NCBI GenBank assembly: GCA_031835245.2
Contig: JAVKOQ020000088.1
Span: forward strand, 62,001 to 126,000
DNA length: 64,000 nucleotides
Origin: Balamuthia mandrillaris
Taxonomy: Eukaryota
Direction: 5' to 3'
The position numbers were made by a program, and so were the translations under genes. Positions 23,961 to 36,809 of the stretch are shown here, piece by piece. Within the stretch, counting starts at the first letter, position 1. Every line of letters starts with the position of its first letter. The notes under the pieces are model-generated. The model saw only the letters and a program-made list of their open reading frames with translations. It ran no database searches and was not told where the DNA came from.

Positions 23961-24141
23961 CCCTCACTCTTCGCTGCATTCTTTCTCTAAAAAAAAAAAA
24001 ATGAACTTTGTTTCCATCCTTTTCTCTTCACACGAACAACAACAAAAGCCGTTACTCCTCTTCTTTTCTTCGTTTCTTCATGCAAACAAACCCTTTTGTA
24101 ATGTTGTTCCTTTCCTCTCTCTCCCTCTCTCTCTTGCGTGT

Positions 24142-27100
24142 TTAATAGTTATGAACCAGCAGATCCAAATCCTCCAAAGGATCCTCAAACACCTCCGGCT
24201 CGGTATCCAACGCCAAAGCAAAGATGAAGAACTTGGCCACATAAGTGCCCCGCAAGTCCACCACCTCTGCCCCATCCCACGTCCTCTCCTGGCAAACCCC
24301 GATGCCGATAAAGTTGAAGGGATCAGGCACGATCTGAGGGGAGACGCCCGGCTGGCTCAGCAGCTCCTCCACCGCACCGTTGGGGTCACCGATGGCCTCC
24401 AGCTCGAGGATGTCCACCGCCACGGCGAAGGGCTTCTTCAAGAGGGCGTTGATGCCGAACCGCTCGGCATTGCGCACGATGTCACGCACACGGCTGGCTG
24501 TGGTGCCGCAGGGGCAGCAGGCCACGGACTTGGCGTACCTCTCCAGGGCGTCCAGCTGGATGAGGGGACGAACGTTGTCCCCTCGGGAGCCTCTCTTCAG
24601 GAGGCCAAGCTGAGAGGTGGCGTTGGGTCGCAGCTGCATGATGTACTCGTAGAGGTCACGGCTGTACTCCTTCTCCAGGGGGTTGAGGTGGGTGTAACCG
24701 GCGTCAGGACAGAGGTTTCCGTCCACCACGTCCTCATCGATGGCTCCGTCGCCATCGTCATCCAGGCCGTTGAGCAGCTCCTCATCGATGAGGCCATCGC
24801 AGTCGCTGTCGATGCCATCGCCAGGAACGTGGGGGTTGGTGAAGCGGCCCACTCCACAGGTGGCTATGTGAGAGGCCCTCACGTGGGAGGTGTGGCCGTA
24901 GCTGGAAAACTCCTGCCAACCGTAGAGCTGAACGTGAATGGGGAGGTGGCGGTTGGCCTCGCCAAAGTCAAGGACGTAGTCGGTGTCCGCCTCCAGTTCC
25001 AGTTGATAGAAGCTATAGTCGCTATCTGCAATCTGCGTCCAGTCAAGAGCATCAGCAGGGAAGGGCTCGCCGTTGAGCAGCAGGTCAGGGATGGCCCTCG
25101 TCAAGGTGATGACCGTGGCCCAGTGGCTCTCCCAACCCTGAGTCTCTGGCGGAGTCCTGAAGGAGGCGCTGTTGGAGTACTGCACGCTCGGAGGCACCAA
25201 TACCATCATGGGGTCTCCTCCTTGATCGGGATTATCGGCCATCTCTCCTCTGGCAAACTGGGCCACGAGGATGGCAGCGCTGGCGATGATCTCCTCCGGC
25301 TGTTCAAGGATGAACTGGAAGACTTCTCCCTCATCCAGGGTGATGGGAGAGCCGCCACGGAAGCCAACCTGGGTATCGTCCTCCAAGGCTACGAAGCGAA
25401 CCACGTCTCCCTGTCTCTGGGAAAACGGGACGAGGAGGAAGCGAGAGCCCCATTGTTCAACTGGAGGCAGCTGCTCCACGAGGTGGTCGCAGTAGCCCTC
25501 CTCTGGTCGAACAAAGGCGCAGCGATTTGATCCATAGACCACGATGGGTTTGTTGGACGTGATGGTGGTGCCGGAGAGGTCCGAGAACTCGTTGAGCCCA
25601 CTCAAAACCAACGTTTGCAACTCACCCAGGGAGAAGACCTTTGGCACATTGGCAGGATAGGGAGAAAGGCCGCCAGGGTTCTCCAGGTCCACTGAGGGCG
25701 TGACCGTGACTTGGGTGTTCGCATGCACACCCACGATGCCCACTTGGCTTCGGCTCTTGCCCAATAGGGTTTTCCTTCCAGGATAGGTCAGTACCATGTA
25801 GTCCGTACCGAGAACGTCAGTGGGGAAAGCAGTGAAGCTGTCGGCAGAGTTATGGTCCAGATTGTAGCCAACCACGCTGATGGGCTCCGTGGCGGTGATG
25901 AGGAAGCCCTGGTTCGTAACTCCCGATTGGGCTGCCATGCGGAATTGGGCTGGGAGGGTCACCGTCTTGGGATGGCCAGGAATGCAAAAGGTGGAGACGC
26001 TGAAGGAGCCCGCGGAAGTGACCACCACCTCGGTGGGTCGGTAGACCGCGGCAATGGAGACCACGAGGTCGCCTTCGTTATCGTTGTTCTCCGTGAAGCC
26101 TAGCACAAAGCGAGTGCCAATGCTGTCTGGTTGATCATAGTAGTCTGTTATTGCAGACAGGAGTAAGCAGTTGGCAAGGCATTGTCCAAAAGTGAAAGAA
26201 GAAAAGAGAGAAGCAACGTACGGCAAGGTTGAGGGGGGTTAACAGCACGACAGGATTGCTTGGGGTTAAAGACCCAGGGGCAGTTGTCCAAGTTGTCTGG
26301 CACGGTATCTGCGTCCCGGTCGTCGTCGCAGAGGTTACCCAAGCCATCCTCGTCCAAGTCCCACTGGTCAGGGTTGAACACGTCGGGACAGTTATCTTTG
26401 GTACGTTTGTGCGTAAAAGCAACGTTGTTAAAAGAGACAAACAGAACAACAGGTGAGCGGAACGAAAAAGAAGAGGCGAGGTTGCTGCGTACCGCATTCA
26501 TCTCCCAGGCCATCGCCATCAGGGTCAAGGTGTGCGGTACCGGTGAAAACGCGCGGGCACTTATCAGCCGCGTTGAGGAAGCCATCCCCATCGATATCAT
26601 CGTCTTTGTTGTCAAACATATGGTTAACTGCTATATAGCGCGAGGACTTTGCAAAAGAGAAAGAAGAGAGAAGAGAGGAGAGAAGAGAAAAGAGAGAAGA
26701 TGTGTTTTTTGTTTTTTACCGCAAGCATCGCCTACGCCATCTTCGTCCAAGTCCTCTTGGCCAGGATTGGCCACGGTCGGACAGTTATCAAAGGTTACTG
26801 TGACGCCATCCTCATCAATGTCTGGCTCTGTAGTTATTTATTGTTTGTTTGTTTGTTTGGTTTTGTTTGTGAGAAAGAGAGGAGAACCACGATGTCGCTC
26901 ACAATCATACACACCACAAGCATCGCCAACACCATTGTTGTTGCTGTCCAGTTGGTCAGGGTTGGAGACAGTCTCGCAGTTGTCTGTTCTCCACAAACGA
27001 TAATACAAACAGAATAATAATTAAACATAATGATGATAGCAAAGAGAAAGAGAGCGTGCAAGGAGGAACGAGAGAAGAACAATCGAAGAAGGAAACCAAA

Positions 27101-28009
27101 GAGGGACCACAAGGAACACAGGAACAGAGGAGCGAAACAACAATGAAGGTTTTCAAAAGCGTACCGCAGCTGTCAGCCCACCCATCGTAGTCCTGGTCCG
27201 AAATAGAAGTACTATGACCATCCACCGAGATGTGCACCACGTAGTCCTTGTCCTCCGGGATGTCGGCATCACAGCACCGCAACACCCGCAGGCGATAGGT
27301 CGTATAGGCGGTGGCATTGAAGGTCAACCACGAGTTGGCGGTGCTGACGGTGGCATCGTCGTTGCTGAACAAAAGGTTGCTGCTGATATCGTAGACCTCT
27401 ATCAAGGAGTCAAAGTTCCTGAACTGGCGGTCGGCCGGGAGGGAGGAAATGGGGAGGCTCTCTGCCTCGGCGTGGTCAATGTCGATGGTGACGTTGCCCT
27501 CCGTGGAGCCAGTTGCAAATGTGTACCAGTGTGTGCTCTTGCCGTCGCCCACGCCATAGATACTGATGTGGGGAGTGGAGGTGCTCTCCGGGATCTCGGG
27601 GTCGTTGGTGAGGGACCACTCGAAGCACTCAGCGTTCCATGGGTTGAGGGCGGAGGACTGCGCAAACTCAGAGTATTTGTGATAGGTAGAGGCGAAAGAA
27701 GGGACTGATCGTGTTGTTGTGTCTACAGACCAACATCAAAAAGAAAAGTTAAGAAGTGCAACGAAAGAAGAGAGGAGAGGGAATAGATGGACAGGGTCAA
27801 GGAAGGGTGACGGTTATGAGGTGAAGAGGGAAATAAGGGAATCGATGAAGGACATCAAGTAAGACATCAAGGTTGATAAGATTTGAAATGACTCGTCAGA
27901 TGAGAGAAACTTAGACACATTAGAGGGAAGAAATCACTCTCGAACCTGCGTATCCTTGCAACGCGAGACAAAGAACAACAAAGATACATCCCAGCACAAC
28001 ACGCCCCAT
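24142..28009 (-). CDS. Secreted multidomain protein: PPC-like + thrombospondin type-3 repeats + IgGFc-binding domain + MopE-like metal-binding motif + degenerate CAP domain (multi-exon)
   Basis: Signal exon [21 protein letters not shown] (ATG 28009); [15 protein letters not shown]...FDSLIEVYD...SNDD; DNCP..NPDQ.D.DEDG.GD.C repeats; [11 protein letters not shown]...[13 protein letters not shown]...[40 protein letters not shown]...FNFIGIGVC. Confidence 0.8.
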
Positions 28010-28605
28010 CTTTGGCGCTTCTTTTATTTTCGCTGTTCCCTCCTTCTTCCCCTCCGGTTTCTTTCCCCCCTATTCCTGTCCCCTTTTTTCTTTTTCCTCT
28101 TTTGTCGCTGTGGTGTTTCACTGCGAAAGCCGGCGCCCATCTAACTTGGTAACCAAAGCTTAACAATTCCCTGTCTCTGCAAAATTATCGAAAAGACACA
28201 TCATTTTTCCTTTAAAAGGTAATATGACGTCATTTATTATCTATTATAGGTAATGGAATAAAGAACTCCTTGCTTCACCATTGGTGGAATTTTTAACATT
28301 AAACTCCGCCAGCTGAGAGTTCGCTTTTGTGGGGGACCGACCTTTGGCTGCAACAAAGTTAGAACGAGGAGGAAAAAATAACGAAAAAAAAAAAAGCGGG
28401 GGGGAAAGAGCGAGGTGAGGGAGGAAGAAGATCTGTTCTCGGCCTCGAAGGAAGAAAGGAGATCTGAAACTCACCGACACGGCAACTACCTCCAACGGAA
28501 GGCGCAACAGAGAGCAAAAAGAAGAGGAAATAAAGGAGCGCGTGCTTCTTCGCAGGAGGAAAGGAAAACAATCAAAGAAGAGAGAGAGGACACACAACAA
28601 AAAAG

Positions 28606-30906
28606 ATGACGCAAACACGGACACAGTACTGGGTCGTGTTGTGCTTGGTGGTGCTGTTCGCGGGATGTGCGGTTGTGGGACAAAAGGAAGGGAACGTAGA
28701 GGGAGGGGAGAGGGCACAGAAGATGTTCAAGGGACGCCAAGCTAGTCTTTTCGTCGACCTCTCAGACATTGGCTCTGAGGATGCTCTCTACGATTCCTTC
28801 CAGGAGTGGGTGGACACCTTTGGCGGAAACCTCACTGCTGGCACCATCTTTGAACTCTCTGGCATCGAGCTCCTCCTTGAGGTGCTCAACGGTGGCGCTC
28901 CCTCCGAGCCAACCGGCGGAGCTGCCATTGTCAACGCCTCACAGGCACCCTACGTGCCCGCTCACTCTCCAGTTGACTACACGCTTGTGGTAGACTTTCT
29001 TCGCAACATCTCCGACAGTTGGACCGGCTCCACACCAGAGTACAATGCTCTTCTTCGTTTCCTTGCTGGTGTGCTGTTGGAGACCTTCAAGCCTGAGGTG
29101 GACAACCAGAAGAACGTCTCGAGCAGTTTGCAAACTCGTGCTGTTGACTCCCCATCGATGGGCATCGGCCAGAACGGAGCCACACTTTGGGGTGAGGAAG
29201 AGCCCAGCGAGTGCTTTGTCGGTGTGGGCAAGGAAGTTCCCTCTGGTCCTCCTTGCAACAAAGGACAACCCAAGTGGTCCCAAGGAAGCGTCTCTGCTTT
29301 GGCCAAGTCGGGCAACACTCTCTGGTGGGGCAGCAGCTTCAGCGCCATCTGCGGTCTGCTGCTGCAGATAGAGACAGAGTTCACCCCTCTGGTCTTCCGC
29401 AGTGAAGAGCAGAGGCTGCAGTTCCGTCAGACCATAGCAGCCAACACCGGATGCGAGGGCGTCTTCAGCGCTGGCCCCACAGGTACCGACTTTCGGCCGC
29501 CTGCCATCTACTATCGTGACATCGAGACCGGGGAGGAGGGCGTCTTTGCCCTCCACGCCAACGGCTCCATCGATGATCCCGCCTTGGCCACCGCCCTCAA
29601 GAGCACCGCTACCATGTGGTCTGCTGGCAGCATGGCCGACACGGTCTACTTCACAGGCAGCGCCTACGGCGGTGGCATCAACATCTTTGCCTTTCAAAGC
29701 TCCTCCCGCAAGTTTATGAGCTGGGAGCACATCCCCGAGTTCAAGGCCTGCCGCGACGCCAAGACCCTGTACGGCTTCCTTTACTTGGCCTGCGCCGACA
29801 ACAACGATGAGGGCGGCACCGTCATCCGGTTGGTGCTAGGCGAGGACCCCATCGAGTGGACTGTTGTCGGCATCTTCCCTGCCCCTGCCGCCTACCTCGC
29901 CGTCTTTGAGGACCGCATCTTCGTCTCCACCTCCCCTACCACCGGCTCCTTTGCTCGTCGTCGCGGTGAACTCACCGAGGAGGGCATCAGCAAGAGGACC
30001 CAACAGGAGAGCGCCGGCGTGTGGATGAGCCCCGAGCTACAAGGAGACGGCCTCTCCCTCGAAGACACCCTCAGCTGGGCGCTCATGTGGAGCATCCACG
30101 ACTACGAGCCCGACCCCATCGTGGCCGCCACCACCGGAGGAGGCCCCCTGGCCGTCCATGACGGCTGGCTCTACTGGAGCACGCTGCACTCCCCCTACCA
30201 GTCCTACTTTGCCATGAAGAACGCCTACCCCCCGGACACCCCCCAGCAGGAGCTCCTCCAGCTGATCACCTCCTGGCGAGCCTCCGCCCTCCTGCGCGGC
30301 AAGCGCTGGGCCAACCAGCTGCTGCCCCCCATCATCCAGACCGTCTACGGCCAGGAGTTCCTCCCCGTCTACAACCCTGCGCTCGTGGTGCCCCTCCAGT
30401 TCTTGCCCTCCGGCCACGGCGAGCCCGTCTTTGGTCTCTCTGGCTTTGGCAACCTGATGGCGGGCTACATCTGGAGCATGAGCAGCACGCCGGAGGTCGA
30501 CCCCAGCGCCTTCCGTCGTGACCACCTTGCGGACGCCCCCGATACCATCCCCTGGCCCTCGGAGCTCTACCTGGGCACGGCCGACCTGAGCATGGTGGCC
30601 CACGAGCTGGCGGATGTGGTCATCTCCGAGTTTGGAGGCAACGTGACGCTGGTGCAGGAGTTCCTGGGAGCTTTCCTGGTGGAGGCGGGAGGAGACATTT
30701 GGGTGATGCCCTCGGAGGAGATCTACGGTCCCAACACCCCGGCCTTCTTCTTCACGCTGGATGGCCTGGGCGACGAGCTGAACAGCGGCTTCCCCTCGAT
30801 GCTGAGGGACAGGACGGGCGTCTACACCGGCACTTCCAACCAATTTGGCTTGCTGAGCGGATGGCAGTTGTGGCAATTGTATCCCAATTGGAATCCTACT
30901 CCATAA
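28606..30906 (+). CDS. Secreted intronless 766-aa protein, probable beta-propeller, bacterial-like
   Basis: Single GC-rich ORF; signal YWVVLCLVVLFAGCAVVG; repeated LxxxxxxLYxG beta-strand units (HDGWLYWSTL, FEDRIFVST, ELYLGTAD, GVYTGTSN). Confidence 0.8.
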   Translation: MTQTRTQYWVVLCLVVLFAGCAVVGQKEGNVEGGERAQKMFKGRQASLFVDLSDIGSEDALYDSFQEWVDTFGGNLTAGTIFELSGIELLLEVLNGGAPSEPTGGAAIVNASQAPYVPAHSPVDYTLVVDFLRNISDSWTGSTPEYNALLRFLAGVLLETFKPEVDNQKNVSSSLQTRAVDSPSMGIGQNGATLWGEEEPSECFVGVGKEVPSGPPCNKGQPKWSQGSVSALAKSGNTLWWGSSFSAICGLLLQIETEFTPLVFRSEEQRLQFRQTIAANTGCEGVFSAGPTGTDFRPPAIYYRDIETGEEGVFALHANGSIDDPALATALKSTATMWSAGSMADTVYFTGSAYGGGINIFAFQSSSRKFMSWEHIPEFKACRDAKTLYGFLYLACADNNDEGGTVIRLVLGEDPIEWTVVGIFPAPAAYLAVFEDRIFVSTSPTTGSFARRRGELTEEGISKRTQQESAGVWMSPELQGDGLSLEDTLSWALMWSIHDYEPDPIVAATTGGGPLAVHDGWLYWSTLHSPYQSYFAMKNAYPPDTPQQELLQLITSWRASALLRGKRWANQLLPPIIQTVYGQEFLPVYNPALVVPLQFLPSGHGEPVFGLSGFGNLMAGYIWSMSSTPEVDPSAFRRDHLADAPDTIPWPSELYLGTADLSMVAHELADVVISEFGGNVTLVQEFLGAFLVEAGGDIWVMPSEEIYGPNTPAFFFTLDGLGDELNSGFPSMLRDRTGVYTGTSNQFGLLSGWQLWQLYPNWNPTP

Positions 30907-30987
30907 AGTTTATGCTTTTTTGTTGGTTGTAAGCAGAGTTTGAACGCTGAGCAAGAAGAGGTGAAAGAAGGGAGAAGAGGAGAGATT

Positions 30988-31018
<31 letters not shown>

Positions 31019-31122
31019 GAGGAAAAATAAAACCGTTTGTTGAAAGGAACGAACAAAACAAAATGATAAAAACAAACAAACCTGTGTCTGTTGTGTTTTC
31101 GTGTGTGTTGTGTTGACTGTAC

Positions 31123-34100
31123 TTACTTGTGAGGCAAATGCATCAAAGAGGCCAAAGCCTTTCGTTTGGATTTCTTGTGGGATGAGTGGTCGTCGGAGCT
31201 GCAGGTCTTGAAGCAATCATCGCACACGCGAACAGGCTCCACGTAACCTAAACTCTCTATCGAACAGGATCGCCCTGCACAGTTGCCACAAAAGATCTTT
31301 CCACAGTTTCTGTTATTAAAAGGAGAAAGAGAGAGAAGAGTTTTAGTTGTGGAGGAAGAGAATCTATGCACGAAGAGCAGAAGAACAGAAAAGCAAGACG
31401 AGAAGAAGCAAACCGGCAATGATGTCGTCTTTTGAAGACTGAAAAGGAGGAACGGCACTGGAAACAAACCGGAGCGCTAATGTCAGGCAACCACATAGGA
31501 GCTGCGCCATCCTCTTCTTCCCCTTCTTTTGGGGATGGGGAAGAAGATTGTGCCGGAAGTGGTGGCAATGGAGGAGGAGCTGCCCCCGAGACCCATCTTT
31601 GTTGGGAGAGAAGGCTGTTCATCGCTGAAGAAGGCGAAGGAGCCGGTTGTGGAGGAGGTGGTGGAGAAAAAGAAGCAGAACTGTTGCTGGTGTTATTGCT
31701 GCTTAGGTCTAAAGAAGTAGAGGAAGCCGTTATGGAGATAGCACCGACAAGGGCTTCTTTGTTGTTCTGAAGAACAGCGATTTGCGCTCTGAGGCGATTG
31801 ATCTCTTCTGCAGTTGTTTGAGAGCTGTCTTTTGGCGAAGAAGAAAGCGAAGAGAAGGAAGGAGACGAAGCCAACAAAAGTTGTGGATGGGATTGCATCA
31901 TGAGAGCTTCGATCAGTTGCCTCTGTAACTGAACGAGCTCCTCTCCAAAGACCAACTTATTTGTGCCGCTGTTCTCTTCTTTGTTTGCTTCTGCGTTTGT
32001 ACCTTCTTTTTCATCTCGACTCTCATTGCTTTCTGCCTTACTGTTCTTTTGGTTCAGTTTCTCTATCTCTTTGTCCTTTTCTCGCAGCTTGTCTTTCAAA
32101 CATTCCATTTCTTCTAACAATCCTGCAACTCCTTTCTTTCCTTCTTCCTTTCCTTCTTCATCCTGTCCTCGTTCTCCTCGTTGTAACACGGTCTTCCAAT
32201 CCGTCAACCTCTCTTCCTGCCTTTGAATCGTGTTTTGGGCTTCCTCCAATTTCTTCTCCAACTCTTCTGTCTTCGCTTTGTTTCTCTCTCGCTCTGCTTT
32301 TCTTCTCTTCAGCTCTAGGTTTGCGCTCCTCAACTCCAGTCTTATGAGGGCATGCCTCTCGTTGCTTTGTTCGAGCTCCACTTTGTTGGCCGCCACAACT
32401 TCGTTCGTTCGGTCCAACTGCCATTGCAACAGATCTCGTTCGTTCTCCAGTTGTTCTATTCTTTGTTTGAGCTGTTCGTTTTTGGTGATTTCTTGCTTCA
32501 AAATGTGGTCTAATGCTTCCAACCTTCTTGTAACCGCCAAAACGTCCTTCTGCTTCGTCATTTCTTGAAGAGGACCTCGTGGGGTTGTTTCTAGCGTAGT
32601 TGTGGAACGTATTCTCCGTTTTCTTAGTGTTGTCACTGTTGGCATCGAAGAAGGTGAAGAAGAGGAAACAGAAGCATAAGAAGAAGAGGATGGAGAAGAG
32701 AGCGGAGAAGAGGAAGAAGCATCTTCTAGCATAGAGCGAAGATCATGAATGTTGTTTTCGAGAAGAAGTAAACGTTTTCTAATTTGCTCTTCGGTTTCAT
32801 CGAGAAGAGCAAGTTGCTTGGCAGCTTCTTCCCTTTTCTTCATCCTTTCTTCTGCTGCTGCTGCTTTTTCTCTTTTCCTTCTTTGTTTTTCTTCCTTTGA
32901 TCTCTGTTTTTCTTTCTGCTGCTTTAACGTATCTTCTTTTTGTTTTATCTCTTCTTCGAGTTGGCGTAGCTCTTGTTGCTTTTGTCGTTCTTTTGCTTCT
33001 TTCTTCTTTGCTTCCTCTAGTTCTTCCATTTTCTTCAGCTCATCTTCTTTTCTGCCTATTTCTTTTGCATTTGCTTCTTCTTCTTTCTTCTTTCGTTGAA
33101 GCATCAGCAACTCTTCTTTCTTCTTAATTTCAGCTTCAATTCTTTCCAATTCTTTCAACTGCTCTAACTTTCTTCTTTCCTTCTCTGAAAGCGGTTTTTC
33201 CTCTTCTTTCTTCTGTTCTATTTCTTTCTCTTTCTCTTCGCTTTGGTGTTGTTTCTGAGGAATGGGAAGACGTTGCTTGGAAGGAAGCCTTCGTCCAAAT
33301 GGTCCTCTTGGTCGTGATCGAGTTCGATGAATGAGACTTCCATTTCCTTCATTGCTTTCTTCTCCTTTTCCTTCCTCAGGCGCTTTTTCGTCGCGACGCT
33401 CCACTTCTTTTTTTGTGTCTTCTTCTAAGCAGAAAGAAGAGAAAGACGATGAAAGGTGACGGGAAAGAAAACCAGGTTGATCTACTAATGCACTTTGCAC
33501 CGCTTTGATGGCCGTGCTTCCTTTCGTCGATGCCACAATAGTTTTCTTGTTCTTCTTCGTTTTCTTTCTTTCTTCGCTTATTCCTTTTTGTTGCATTGCC
33601 AGTTGTCGTCTTTCCTTTCTCAACTGTTTCACTTTCCTCCTTCTCTCCTCTCTTTGTCGCTTCTTCTCCATCTTCTCATGTTGTTCCTCCTCCTTCATTG
33701 ATACTCCAACAGCAAATCCACAACTCTTTTGCAAGGCCAGAATGTGAGAGTTGACTTTGGTAGAGAGCTTAAATCCAAAGTTGGGCACAATCTTGATGTA
33801 ATTACTAGGAAACAGCCCGACTCCTTGTTCTCTTTCTGCTCCTCCTCCAAGGAGTGAAGAGGCGTCTGTCTCTCCCAGTTCTTCCGCCCATCTTCTTTCT
33901 CGTTCGAGACGTCGTCTTCGTTTGAGAGCACGTTGCAAGTCCTTCTCTCGTTCGAGTTCTCTTTGCTCGGGAGGAAGCGAGGAGAGATAGCGTTGACGTC
34001 TTCGCTCTCTTTGCCTTCTGTGTTTCTTTCTTCGGATATCCGCTTCGAGTTCTCCCTTCCACCATCCGCTGCTGTCCTTTTCGTAGACAAAGATGATATC

Positions 34101-36809
34101 TCCGCGGAAGAAAGTAAGCTCGTTTCCGTTTCTCGCGTTGAAGTCAAAGAGAGCTTGCACTTTGAGACAGTCTTTTCTCATTTCTTTAGTTTCCTCGTCT
34201 TCATCGTCGCTGTCACTGAAGTCTTCTTCGTTTTCTACTGCTTCCTCGGATTCGCTATCGCTATCGCTATCACTGTCGTCACCGTCCTCGTATTCATCGC
34301 TCTCATCTCCGTTTTTGTCATCATCGCTATGATGTTGGTTTGCGCTGTCAACAAGAATGATATCATCATTCTTGTTTTCTTCTTTTCTCTCTTCTTTGGT
34401 TGATCCTCCCTCTTCTGCAATCCTTTTGATTGCTTCTTCTTTAGTTTCGCTCATTTTATCTTCTTCACTTGTAATTTCTTCTTGCTCTTTCTCTTTATCA
34501 TCTTCCTCGTTCTCTTCGTCTTCATCGTCTTCTTCATCTTTATCGTTGACAATACTTTCTTGAATGGAACATTGCTTCTGTTCTCGTTTTTGTGCAATCG
34601 TTTTCAATTGGTTCTGTAGTTCCTCCATTTCGCGCTCTTTTTCTGCCAATTCGTTGTACAGCTGTTGCTGCTGCTGTTTCCGTTGTTGTTCTTCAAGAGT
34701 GGGCGTAGTAGGAATTACTTGTTCTTCCTTGTTCTCTCCGTCGTTTGGTGGTTGCTTCACTTCTTCAACTGCTTTTTTCAAAGTTTCTGTTTGTGCTATT
34801 GAAACAAAAAAAAAACAGGACACAACAAACAAGAATTGGAAAAAGATAGTGTTGAAAGAAGAAATAAAAGAGTTGCCAAACGAAGAGGAGAGTTAGAGGG
34901 CAAAATGAAACGCTAAAAGAGAATAAAAATGAAGTATCAACAAGTAAGAGACAAACACATAAAGCCAACTTGACTTACAAAAAAAATTATTTAAAATGAG
35001 GTAAATAAAAAAACAAATATTAAGAAAGGAAGACTAATAAAGTAAGATCTATTTTGTTCTTCTTTCGTTCTGGAAATGATTATTGGCAACAAATAATTTT
35101 GTGAAAAGAAAACCGAAAGCAAACAACCCAAAAAAAAAAAGAAAGAAAGAAAGAAATAACACCAACAAAACACAAAAAGAACAAGAAGAGAAAGAGGTAG
35201 ATTAGAAGCTATTCATAGAAAAAAGAAAATTGGCTCTCTTGTTCTCTCGCTCTCTTTGGCCAAGTTATACAAAAGGAAGGAAAAACAAAAGCAACAAATA
35301 ACAACACAAAATGCAAGATAAAGAGAGAAGTTAATAGAAAAAAAAAACGTACATGATTGACTCGTTTGCTTTGCTTTAGCTTCGAGCTCTTGAATCCGTG
35401 CTTTAGCTTGAAGCAGCTCCTCTTTCAAAGCTTCCACCGATGTCGAACCAGCATCCTGTTGCTTTTCCTTCCGCGCCCGTTCCAACGCTTCTCTGACTTT
35501 CACTCTTATCTCCTCCGCTCGGTCCGCCAACCTTTCGTTCAATTTGCTTTTCACTAACTTTAACTCTCGTGTCAACTGCAACAATTTTTCCACTTTCTCG
35601 TTTTCGCTGAGCTGCTCAAACTCTTTCTTTGTTGCCGCCTCCTCCTCTTCTGTAAGCGTTGCATAAGAGGAGGAAGTGGGAGCGGCGGCTTGATAGTCCT
35701 CAAAACTACGTTTGTAGACTTCCATCAGAGCCTGAATCTTGTTTAACTCGGAGAGAGCAAAGCCCTGCTGTTCCGCCAATAGGTTCAAGTCGCCAACCAC
35801 CGAGTCCTTCAGCTCCTTCAACTGAATGCTCTTTTCATTGAGCTCATCTCTCATGTTCTCCACCAAAGCTCTGTCCTCACTCGTTCCCCCGCTGCTCGAA
35901 AAGAACTGTGCGTCTTGTGAGTTGGTCATCATCATCGATCCAGCAATACTTCCTTCTCTGCCCCCAACGCTTCCAGCAGCACTACCGCTATTGCCTCGAC
36001 TAAGACTAAAACTACGAGAAGCCCGTCCAGAGAGCGCAGGAGAGGTGACGGACGAAGAGACGCTCTCTCCCACTCGACTGAAGAAAGATCCAATAGTGCT
36101 ACCCGTCTTTTCTCGCTTCCTAGGAGCTTGTGCACCAGTTCCTATCGGAGCGGACCGCGGAGAGGTCGTTCCTGATCCTTCGTCGTTGTTCTCCTCCGCA
36201 GAAGAAGGAGCAGCAACAGAGGGAGCAGAGGAAAGCAAGTCAACCTCTCCCTGCATAGCGATTTGCTGTTGCAGCGCTCCCAACTGAAGGCTGCCTCTCT
36301 GTCCTCCCTCTCCTCCATCCGCCACGCTCCTGCTCATGCGGATCATCTTCCTGCGATAGCCGTTCAGTGCGTTGACCCAGTACTTCATCTCTTTGTCGCT
36401 GGAGGCCACCAAGGTGTAGGCACGACCGGGGGTGTTGATCTGGAACTCGCAGTTGCGGCTGGTGCCGGAGGGTATGATGGAGCTGGCGGCCATGATGTCG
36501 ATGAAGCCGAGGGACTGGGCGATGGGGTCTCCTTGGTTCACGTAGTAGTACAAGCGGTTGTCCTGCAGGCTGAACCAACGCTTCTTGAAGCCCTTGCGGA
36601 AGCCTTTGGCGCCTTGTTTGAGCAAGAAGCCTTCCAGCTGTTTGCGAAGGAGGAAGAGAAGCCAACGAGACAACGAGGAGTAGAGAAAGGAGAGGCGAAG
36701 AGACAGGAACAAAAAAGAGGGACGAGATTAGAATGATTAACAAGGAGAAAAGAGAGAAAGAGGAGGAAAGAAGAACCTTGATGGGCTCGTCATCGGGAAC
36801 CGCGGCCAT
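31123..36809 (-). CDS. PH + coiled-coil + SH3 + FYVE domain protein (multi-exon)
   Basis: PH: LEGFLLKQG..KKRWFSL...EMKYWVNAL; SH3: ALFDFNARNGNELTFFRGD..WWKGEL...GLFPSNYI; FYVE: WLPD..CFQC...RRHHCR|NCGKIFC..C...VRVCDDC; the intron at about 35351-34796 joins in frame. Confidence 0.8.

Noticed and set aside
24001..25530. 509-aa plus-strand ORF
   Set aside because: Antisense shadow of the GC3-rich IgGFc-binding exon; no motifs.
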